A DNA stretch of 64,000 nt from Candidatus Nealsonbacteria bacterium (GCA_026016225.1 CP061210.1:450000-513999); one strand, 5' to 3'; shown: positions 35,287-41,951, counted from the first letter of the stretch. The notes: generated from the sequence alone by a model not told the origin. Made by a program: numbers and translations.

Positions 35287-36276
35287 TTAAGATGCTAACT
35301 GACCACAAGCAGCTTTAATATCTTGACCAAAACGATAACGCTGGGTAACCTGAACACCCCCTTTTTCCAAAATTTCTTTGAACTTTTTCATACGCCAAGA
35401 TGAGGATGGTTTAAAAACTCCTGTTGGATTGTAGGAAATTAGGTTTACAAAATAAAGAGGTTTTTTCATTAACTTGCTTAATTTTTGGGCGTAGACGTCA
35501 GAATCATTTAAGTCTTTCATCATCAGATATTCAAACATAACTTTACGTTTGGTTTTTCCAATATAATCATCAACTACCTCAAGCACATCAGCAATAGGAT
35601 ATTTTTTATTTATTGGCATTATTTTTGAACGCAAATCATCATCAGGAGCATGAAGAGAGATAGCTAAATTTACCTGAAGTTTTTCTTCAGCTAATTTCTT
35701 AATGCCTTCTAAAATCCCAACGGTTGAGATAGAAATATGTCTGGCTCCCAAATTAAACCCTTCTTTGTCATTTAAAACCCTTATAGCGCTAATAACATTC
35801 TCATAATTCAGAAAAGGTTCTCCCATTCCCATAAAAACAATATTGGTAACTTTTTCTCCTTTTTTCTTTAGGTGACGGGCAAAAAATAGAACTTGTTCCA
35901 CAATCTCAGAAATTTCAAGGTTTCTTTTGAAACCAGTTTGTCCGGTAGCGCAAAATGAACAACTCAAGGCACAACCCACCTGTGAAGAAATACAAACAGT
36001 ATTCCGACCATCTTTATGTTTCATTAAAACAGACTCAATCTTTAGTCCATCTTTTAATATAATGAGAGTTTTTGCAGTCTTTTTGTCTTTAGAAAAAAGA
36101 GTTTGAGCATTAATTTTAATGGGACATATTTTGTTCAGATTCTCTCGCAACAACAAAGGCAAAATATTCGCTTCTCTCCAGTCTTCAATCAAATCAACAA
36201 ATAAGGCTTTTTTGGCTTGTTTTAGACGATAGGGATGTTCCTTATTAAGAAGGTTTTCAAGTTGAGTTAAATCCAT
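35287..36276 (-). CDS. rlmN: 23S rRNA/tRNA (adenine-C2)-methyltransferase RlmN (radical SAM)
   Basis: GCALSCSFCATG cluster motif, MGMGEPFLNY, and C-terminal GQDIKAACGQL. Confidence 0.85.
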   Translation of the reverse strand: MDLTQLENLLNKEHPYRLKQAKKALFVDLIEDWREANILPLLLRENLNKICPIKINAQTLFSKDKKTAKTLIILKDGLKIESVLMKHKDGRNTVCISSQVGCALSCSFCATGQTGFKRNLEISEIVEQVLFFARHLKKKGEKVTNIVFMGMGEPFLNYENVISAIRVLNDKEGFNLGARHISISTVGILEGIKKLAEEKLQVNLAISLHAPDDDLRSKIMPINKKYPIADVLEVVDDYIGKTKRKVMFEYLMMKDLNDSDVYAQKLSKLMKKPLYFVNLISYNPTGVFKPSSSWRMKKFKEILEKGGVQVTQRYRFGQDIKAACGQLAS

Positions 36277-36284
36277 ATTGACTT

Positions 36285-36293
36285 ATTATATCA
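36285..36293 (-). promoter_or_regulatory. Extended -10 box TGATATAAT, 8 nt from the rlmN ATG (leaderless-type)
   Basis: Minus strand: GGGTTTTTGATATAATaagtcaatATG. Confidence 0.5.
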
Positions 36294-36385
36294 AAAACCC
36301 GAGCTAAATGCTCGGGCTTTAAAAACTTGCACTGAGCTTGCCGAAGTGCTCCCCGCAATAGACGATGTTAGAACCTGTTTTATGA
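36293..36385 (-). repeat. S-type intergenic repeat (long spacer)
   Basis: Minus strand: TCATAAAACAGGTTCTAACATCGTCTATTGCGGGGAGCACTTCGGCAAGCTCAGTGCAAG...GCCCGAGCATTTAGCTCGGGTTTTT. Confidence 0.8.
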
Positions 36386-36525
36386 CTTTTTCTTGGGTAT
36401 GAAACAAAAAACCATACCAACCAAAGAATCCAAAGAGCTTCTAAATAATCTCCATTTATAATTCCTATTATTCCTTTTATTCCAAAAAATCCCAGAAATC
36501 CAAATACCCATCTTTTACGCATCAT
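36319..36525 (-). CDS. Possible small membrane protein whose predicted C-terminus is encoded by the S-type repeat
   Basis: The N-terminal ~45 aa are hydrophobic. The tail ...SHKTGSNIVYCGEHF... is the translation of the repeat core. Confidence 0.3.
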   Translation of the reverse strand: MMRKRWVFGFLGFFGIKGIIGIINGDYLEALWILWLVWFFVSYPRKSHKTGSNIVYCGEHFGKLSASF

Positions 36526-36650
36526 AAACTAATTGTTTAGTTATCAATTAAAACCCTTACTATATTTTATCAAAAAACCACCTAACTGATTATGAAAAAA
36601 AAGCCCAAGAATGGGCTTGATTTCATTTATTTGATTTACTGAATTAATTC

Positions 36651-36848
36651 TTAAAGGCGGGTTACGTTTGTTGCGTTAGGGCCCTTTGGAGAATCAGCTT
36701 TTTCGAAAGACACTCTATCACCTACTTTTAACTCTTCGTAGGTTACGCCCTTAAGTTCGTTGCTGTGAAAGAATAAATCTTTCTCTTCACCATCAACGGT
36801 AATAAATCCAAATCCTTTATCTGTAAGGTTTTTAATTGTTCCTTCCAT
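36651..36848 (-). CDS. Cold-shock protein (CspA family)
   Basis: KGFGFI (RNP1) and DLFFH (RNP2-like) motifs. 65 aa. Confidence 0.9.
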   Translation of the reverse strand: MEGTIKNLTDKGFGFITVDGEEKDLFFHSNELKGVTYEELKVGDRVSFEKADSPKGPNATNVTRL

Positions 36849-36951
36849 GATTGTGATATAAATTAATTAATATTTTAAGGTTTTATCCTAAAGTTTAGTT
36901 TCCTGAAAAAACTCAACTAAATTTTCATTAGGCAACTATCTTATGTAAATA

Positions 36952-36980
36952 ATATTAACATCTAAAAAATAATTGGTCAA
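36952..36980 (-). promoter_or_regulatory. Sigma70-type promoter of the csp gene (TTGACC-17 nt-TAATAT), giving a ~100-nt 5'UTR
   Basis: Minus strand: TTGACCaattattttttagatgtTAATAT. Confidence 0.5.
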
Positions 36981-37110
36981 CCAAAAAACCACCTAACTGA
37001 TAAGGTGGAAAATGCGAGCTCCCATACTCGGTCTAGAACCTTTGTTTTAAGGGGAAATTCAGCAGTTTTTGGAGCCTTTGAATAACGCGTCTCGGTCAGG
37101 GTATTTTAAG
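36981..37110 (-). repeat. L-type long intergenic repeat
   Basis: Minus strand: CCCTGACCGAGACGCGTTATTCAAAGGCTCCAAAAACTGCTGAATTTCCCCTTAAAACAAAGGTTCTAGACCGAGTATGGGAGCTCGC...CCACCTTATCAGTTAGGTGGTTTTTTGG. Confidence 0.7.
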
Positions 37111-37141
37111 CTAAAATGAGACAAATGAAACAGTAAATAGG

Positions 37142-37939
37142 CTAAAGAATATATTTTTCTTCAACTAAGAATCCTGGATGTTTAAAGATAGCTATAGCGA
37201 ACTTGTTATCTGGGGAGGTAACAATATAATTGTGTTTATCTTTATCTAATGGCACGGGCTCATATTTTTTCACGCTTGAGCCCTCAGGGATATATTGAAG
37301 ATCAAAAACAGGAGAAATAAAATAGCAATTAGCGTTTACCTTAAAGAACTCGTCTAAATCTTCGCTTTTGTAATTCAAAAAGTCCCTTTGATAAACCAAA
37401 ACAATCTCTTCGTAATTTTTTACTATCATTTGAAGTTTTTCAACATCTATGGGTCGGAAGGGAGATAAGGAATCACCTACTAAATTTTCATAATCAACAT
37501 ACTCTTTAACTTGGAAAAGATAAGGTAAATGTTCCGCAGGCAATCTGAGCTGTTTATCGTCCAATTTATCAATCTTTACTCCGGGTTCAACAATCATCAC
37601 CGCAGTATCGCACGAGGATTCTTTTTTTGGCAAAACAACAAAAATTAAACTACCGGAAGGGAACTTACTTTCCAAATATCTGAGGAATACTGTTGTAATA
37701 AATAACTCTTTTACCTTCTGTCCGTCTATTTGTTTACTGGCTACTGTAAGTTGGTCTTGTGCATTTAATTTGAAAATAGAATCGGTTAATATTTGGGCAT
37801 CAACAGGAATTACACTACCAGGCGGAAGATTCTTGAATTTATATGCTAAAGCAGCTCTAAAAATCTCTTCATAAACTCCCTGACAATTTACTCCCTCCTC
37901 ACGGCGATAGCCAAAAATTATTTTCCATGGTGTTTGCAT
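37142..37939 (-). CDS. Hypothetical protein (265 aa), third gene of a three-gene operon
   Basis: ORF only. Starts 6 nt after the upstream gene. Confidence 0.5.
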   Translation of the reverse strand: MQTPWKIIFGYRREEGVNCQGVYEEIFRAALAYKFKNLPPGSVIPVDAQILTDSIFKLNAQDQLTVASKQIDGQKVKELFITTVFLRYLESKFPSGSLIFVVLPKKESSCDTAVMIVEPGVKIDKLDDKQLRLPAEHLPYLFQVKEYVDYENLVGDSLSPFRPIDVEKLQMIVKNYEEIVLVYQRDFLNYKSEDLDEFFKVNANCYFISPVFDLQYIPEGSSVKKYEPVPLDKDKHNYIVTSPDNKFAIAIFKHPGFLVEEKYIL

Positions 37940-37945
37940 TATAAC

Positions 37946-38203
37946 TTACTTCAGGTCAATATTTTTTATTCTATCTAAAATTTTTTGATACCATTGAATT
38001 TGTTTTATTGTATCTTCAAAATCGTAATATGTTAATTTCCTATGTATTCTATTCCAAATAGCTGATCTTGTTATCGTTCCATTTTTGAAGAAAATATACA
38101 TCTTGGATTCAACAGAAGCGCCACCGTACACAAGCGGATATGTTCTAACAGTTTCGCCCCTCTCTTTTGCTTCTTCTTTTATTAGTTTTGTTAGCTCTGT
38201 CAT
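37946..38203 (-). CDS. Hypothetical protein (85 aa)
   Basis: 4-nt ATGA overlap with the upstream ORF. Confidence 0.45.
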   Translation of the reverse strand: MTELTKLIKEEAKERGETVRTYPLVYGGASVESKMYIFFKNGTITRSAIWNRIHRKLTYYDFEDTIKQIQWYQKILDRIKNIDLK

Positions 38204-38754
38204 ATTTTCAAAATTTTAATTTTCTTAATTTTTTCTTTCATAAGAACTTTAATTAATTTATCCCAGTCTCCAGTTATATGCAATTCTCCTCTTTCAATCG
38301 CCCTCTCAAGGTTGGTCTTTCTTTCTAATAATAAGAAAGAAAAGTCTCCTAATTTTTGTTCATCTGGATAGTATTTGTAGTTGGTGTTTTCAGAAACAGT
38401 CAGGTAAATACACTTTATTTCTTTATTGACTCTTTTTATAGAGCCAAATACCTTTTTTATATTTTCAACTCCCTCTTTTGAATAAATCCCTCTGAATTTT
38501 ATTTCCAAAACTGCAATAACTTGCTTAGGTTTATAAAGTAAATTTTCTTGAGCTTTTTCTCCTTCTTTTAGCACTATCAAATCTAATTCATAAGGAATGC
38601 CTTTGATAAAAACATCTCTATTACTTACATTGAGTCCCTTTTTAATGAACTCTTTTCTTAAAAGCTCGATAGTTAATGCACCAATGAATTTGGTAGCTCT
38701 CATTTCGTTCCTAAATTTCATTATTGTGTTTAGTAGTTTGAGTTCCTTTTTCAT
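38200..38754 (-). CDS. PD-(D/E)xK nuclease-fold candidate (184 aa)
   Basis: YELDLIVLK ... VIAVLEIKF spacing fits a D...ExK catalytic core, with a preceding helix Glu (LTIELL). Confidence 0.4.
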   Translation of the reverse strand: MKKELKLLNTIMKFRNEMRATKFIGALTIELLRKEFIKKGLNVSNRDVFIKGIPYELDLIVLKEGEKAQENLLYKPKQVIAVLEIKFRGIYSKEGVENIKKVFGSIKRVNKEIKCIYLTVSENTNYKYYPDEQKLGDFSFLLLERKTNLERAIERGELHITGDWDKLIKVLMKEKIKKIKILKI

Positions 38755-38836
38755 CTATTTTATGATTTCTAAAAATCAGTTTCTCTGCTTTTAAAATAAC
38801 CTCATTTCTTTGAAATTTCAAGCCGAAATAAAAATT

Positions 38837-38850
38837 GCCCAGCGATGGGC
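38837..38850. terminator. Hairpin GCCCAGCGATGGGC with flanking A/T runs (copy 1 of 3 identical)
   Basis: aaaaattGCCCAGCGATGGGCtttttaaat. Identical 14-mers at 61905 and 63214. Confidence 0.6.
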
Positions 38851-38894
38851 TTTTTAAATCAAATTAAGAAAAAACTAATTTATCCATCAAAAAT

Positions 38895-39674
38895 TTAAAC
38901 ATCCATTTTTTCTTCAGCAACTTGTTTAATCTTCTGTTGAATTTTCTCTTTAAATTCCTTACCAACTGAATCAAATAGTGTTAAAAGCTGTTCGAAGGTA
39001 TCTTCGCCACCGAGAAAATTCCAATATTCTTCACCAATTAAAAATTCTTTTCCTCTTTCTAAAACTCCTTGTTCTGTAAATCTTTCGTATGGCTTTGGAT
39101 GATAGGGATTATAGGGGAAAGATAGGAAAACTTTTACTGGTTTTCTGCGCCGTGCTATCCATTCTAATAATTTTGTCTTTGATTTTGTAAAAACATCGAT
39201 ATTAGGTTTTACGGTTTTAATTTCAAAATAATGTTCTACGCCCCCTTTAAGTATATAAAGGTCAGCTATTCTACCTTCTTTCTGAGCCTTACCATCTCTT
39301 GGAGAAGCACTTAAAACTTCTTTCATTTCTCTTTCACTATTTACCCTTCTTTCCTTATTCCTTAATTCGCGGACTATATTACCTATAATGGACTTTTGCT
39401 CTTTTGAAAGTACGCCACCAATATCATATTTAGTAAAACATTCTTTGGCAGAATCAGAAGCAATAATTTTTGAAACGTCTTCATAAATAGACATTCCTAA
39501 CGTCGTAGCTAAAGAATGAATAAAGGAATAAGCAGCAACTTTTTCGCTGTCTTGAATAAGACGAGTAAGAAATGGCATTGAGGTAGTTTCTCGGCTATAT
39601 CTTTTTAACTTACTCTCAATTTTTTGCTGTAATAATCCTTTAATCTGTTGTTTTTGATTGCTTGATAATGGCAT
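38895..39674 (-). CDS. Probable type II restriction endonuclease (TdeIII-like by recollection)
   Basis: Starts 5 nt after the methyltransferase gene. FIHSLATTLGMSIYE and YFEIKTVKPN (ExK-like) motifs. The family assignment needs an HMM check. Confidence 0.45.
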   Translation of the reverse strand: MPLSSNQKQQIKGLLQQKIESKLKRYSRETTSMPFLTRLIQDSEKVAAYSFIHSLATTLGMSIYEDVSKIIASDSAKECFTKYDIGGVLSKEQKSIIGNIVRELRNKERRVNSEREMKEVLSASPRDGKAQKEGRIADLYILKGGVEHYFEIKTVKPNIDVFTKSKTKLLEWIARRRKPVKVFLSFPYNPYHPKPYERFTEQGVLERGKEFLIGEEYWNFLGGEDTFEQLLTLFDSVGKEFKEKIQQKIKQVAEEKMDV

Positions 39675-39679
39675 AGGAT

Positions 39680-40855
39680 CTAGTGATTTTTAATAAAATA
39701 ATAAATGCTTTCGCTAAACCTTATGTTGTCACGCTCTGTTCTCATAAGAACAGGGCGGTGATATATTTTTTCAATACTGTAATTACAAAGTTTAGCGATG
39801 TCCGGATAGAGATTATCTCTGTCATTAACAACGACAAATATTTTTGCTTTTGGTTTCAACCACTGATTAATATTTTTAAAAACTTCAATAATATCCCTTT
39901 TATACTCTTCTTTGGCTTCCTGACTTTTGCCTTTTGATGCAGGGCCAATTTCTTTTACACAATTATTATCAAACCCAAAAAGCTCATAAGCATAACGGTG
40001 TTGGTCGTGATAATCGATTAAGCCAATATAGGGAGGAGAGGTAAAAATGCCGTCAAATTTACCACCCTTATAATCCGGAAGCTCATTTAGTTTTATTTCC
40101 CTTGAGTCTCCTTGAATAATTTTCATTTTAGCGTTAGTTCTTAACTCATCAAATTCTTTAATACGCCTTATAGTACCTAAACTGTAACGATTTATGAATT
40201 TTAGAGCTTCATCAACTGGCCGACATGTCCTCTTGTGTTTTATACACCAATAGGGCTTTTTTATTGGCTTTTTAGGTCTTGCCAAATCATAATGAGGTAT
40301 TTGACGAGCACTCCGAGCCGAACGACTTAATATTATTTTTAGGATATCTTGGTTTTTATAATTTTTAATTTGTTCTCGATAAAACAAAATCTCCTGCAAT
40401 GCTCTTTTAGAGAACCATGTATTGAAATAATTATTATCTATCGTAAACTCTTTGTATCCCTTTTTAAACAAGGCAGGTTGTTTTGAATGTCGATACCAAT
40501 TACTAAAATCTTTTGTTTTAGATAGAATATCCTTAATCTCAGCTTCTACTTCTGGAATGTTATATTTTTTTGTTTTAATTTCAGAAATTAAACAATTAAA
40601 AAGGGAAATCTCTATACCTGCTGAATTCATACCAAGGATGTTAGATTCAATAAGAGCAGTTCCTGACCCCAAAAAGGGATCTAATATCCAATCTCCTTTT
40701 TTGAAGTAATGTTTTAAAAATGCCTCTACGAGTTGCGGTATAAATTTACCTAAATAAGGATGTAAACGATGGACATGTTTTGTTCTTTTATATTCTTGCA
40801 CATTGGCAAAAGATAAATCTATCCCGTTTAATGATGTTAGAGATTTGTTTGACAT
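39680..40855 (-). CDS. DNA methyltransferase (N6-adenine/N4-cytosine type)
   Basis: DPFLGSGT (SAM motif I) in the N-terminal part and FTSPPY (catalytic motif IV) in the C-terminal part. Confidence 0.75.
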   Translation of the reverse strand: MSNKSLTSLNGIDLSFANVQEYKRTKHVHRLHPYLGKFIPQLVEAFLKHYFKKGDWILDPFLGSGTALIESNILGMNSAGIEISLFNCLISEIKTKKYNIPEVEAEIKDILSKTKDFSNWYRHSKQPALFKKGYKEFTIDNNYFNTWFSKRALQEILFYREQIKNYKNQDILKIILSRSARSARQIPHYDLARPKKPIKKPYWCIKHKRTCRPVDEALKFINRYSLGTIRRIKEFDELRTNAKMKIIQGDSREIKLNELPDYKGGKFDGIFTSPPYIGLIDYHDQHRYAYELFGFDNNCVKEIGPASKGKSQEAKEEYKRDIIEVFKNINQWLKPKAKIFVVVNDRDNLYPDIAKLCNYSIEKIYHRPVLMRTERDNIRFSESIYYFIKNH

Positions 40856-40902
40856 ATCTATTCCTTAATTTACCTTACACTTATTTTTGTTTTTTATCAA
40901 AT

Positions 40903-40938
40903 GATTTTTGACAATTTTTGACGACTTTTGACAAAAAA
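40903..40938 (-). promoter_or_regulatory. Three helically phased direct repeats GTCAAAA (10-nt period) upstream of the methyltransferase gene
   Basis: Minus strand: TTGTCAAAAGTCGTCAAAAATTGTCAAAAATC. Lies ~50-80 nt upstream of the ATG. Confidence 0.45.
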
Positions 40939-40960
40939 CGAAGCCTTATGGTTTCGCTAG
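40936..40960 (-). terminator. Rho-independent terminator of 41051..41704
   Basis: Minus strand: CGAAACCATAAGGCTTCG followed by TTTTTTG. Confidence 0.5.
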
Positions 40961-40978
40961 GATAATTTTTTTATATAG

Positions 40979-41105
40979 ATTTTGGCTGCTTGCATTGAGC
41001 TTGCCGAACTGCTAGCATTCTCGGTCCAGAACAGAAATTTTAAGAGGAAATTAAGGGCTTTTTGGGGGTGTTTCAGAACGCGTCTCGGTCGGTTCGTCTT
41101 TGGTG
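40979..41105 (-). repeat. L-type long intergenic repeat (overlaps the 3' end of the upstream ORF)
   Basis: Minus strand: GACCGAGACGCGTTCTGAAACACCCCCAAAAAGCCCTTAATTTCCTCTTAAAATTTCTGTTCTGGACCGAGAATGCTAGCAGTTCGGCAAGCTCAATGCAAGCAGCC. Confidence 0.7.
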
Positions 41106-41704
41106 GGTTGCGGCGGCTGGGTTGCGGCGGACGGCTTTTTCTTCTTATAGACCCAGGAATATATCCATTCTATGGGCATCGGCTTCACTTGTTTTTTTGA
41201 TATTTTTTCAATTTCTTGATTTAGATAAAAAAGCATTATACTTGCAATCGTTAAAAAATCACCTCTAGCTCCCTCTGGATAAATACTTCTTGCCTCTTGT
41301 AAATTTCTTACAATATCGGAAGAGTAAATTAAAGTAGTTAATAGGTCTTTTACAACACCACTTTCTAGATTTGAGCCATATACATTATGAGCAAAATCAT
41401 TTCTTATTTTTCTTATTATATGAAGATCATGCGCAAGTTTTTGACTAATTAAACCTAAACGATGTGCAAATTGTACTTTCGAATTGAAATTTGACAGGGG
41501 AGCTGTAGGACCATCAAATAATTCATCATCCTTGGTGCTTACCTGAACAAGATAATTTTTTAATAAAGTAGTTAGTGTGTTCTCAATTAGAGAGGCGGTT
41601 AAAATCATGGCCGCACGATCTGTTTCTTTAGAAAACTCCTCTAAAAGAAAATCTGCCCAATATTCTGGCAAACTTTTTTTTATTTTTTTTTCATTATCTG
41701 GCAT
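41051..41704 (-). CDS. DUF4145-like protein (domain common in R-M/abortive-infection contexts)
   Basis: IRKIRNDFAHN motif. Start moved to MPDNEKK because the upstream 25 codons lie in the tRNA-like repeat. The Pro/Thr-rich C-terminal tail is encoded by the L-type repeat. Confidence 0.5.
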   Translation of the reverse strand: MPDNEKKIKKSLPEYWADFLLEEFSKETDRAAMILTASLIENTLTTLLKNYLVQVSTKDDELFDGPTAPLSNFNSKVQFAHRLGLISQKLAHDLHIIRKIRNDFAHNVYGSNLESGVVKDLLTTLIYSSDIVRNLQEARSIYPEGARGDFLTIASIMLFYLNQEIEKISKKQVKPMPIEWIYSWVYKKKKPSAATQPPQPTKDEPTETRSETPPKSP

Positions 41705-41759
41705 AAATTTATATATATTTTTCGTTAATCTCGAAACTATATCTACATCCGCTGACGTC

Positions 41760-41869
41760 CTCTCGGTCGCAAAAACCAAGCACTAACCTGCTCCGGCGTT
41801 AGGATTCGAACCCCTCTCGGTCGCCCTAACGCCATAAGCGTCTCGGTCCTCGAACTGCGCTCAACGATG
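41760..41869 (-). repeat. T-type tRNA-like repeats directly abutting the 3' end of tRNA-Gln
   Basis: Minus strand after the tRNA: GCATCGTTGAGCGCAGTTCGAGGACCGAGACGCTTATGGCGTTAGGGCGACCGAGAGGGGTTCGAATCCTAACGCCGGAGCAGGTTAGTGCTTGGTTTTTGCGACCGAGAG. It contains a 9-bp stem, GGCGTTAGG/CCTAACGCC. Confidence 0.75.
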
Positions 41870-41940
41870 CTGCGGGGCTAGGATTCGAACCTAGATTGAG
41901 TTCTTCAAAGGAACCTGTGCTACCATTACACCACCCCGCA
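41870..41940 (-). tRNA. tRNA-Gln (anticodon UUG)
   Basis: Minus strand: TGCGGGGTGGTGTAATGGTAGCACAGGTTCCTTTGAAGAACTCAATCTAGGTTCGAATCCTAGCCCCGCAG. Manual cloverleaf has a 7-bp acceptor (U1-A72), anticodon loop CTTTGAA and T-loop TTCGAAT. No encoded CCA. Confidence 0.85.
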
Positions 41941-41951
41941 TTAATAAGTGA

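Noticed and set aside
41705-41779. N-terminal 25 codons of the tracked ORF 41051..41779
   Set aside because: They are encoded by the tRNA-like repeat abutting tRNA-Gln. An internal ATG (MPDNEKK) is the more plausible start.
12288-41869. The repeats as canonical integron attC sites
   Set aside because: GTTCTAAC right after stop codons superficially resembles an R'' core (RYYYAAC). But I could not find the required inverted partner (L'/R' GTTRRRY) or overall imperfect-palindrome symmetry in any copy, and no intI is in the window.
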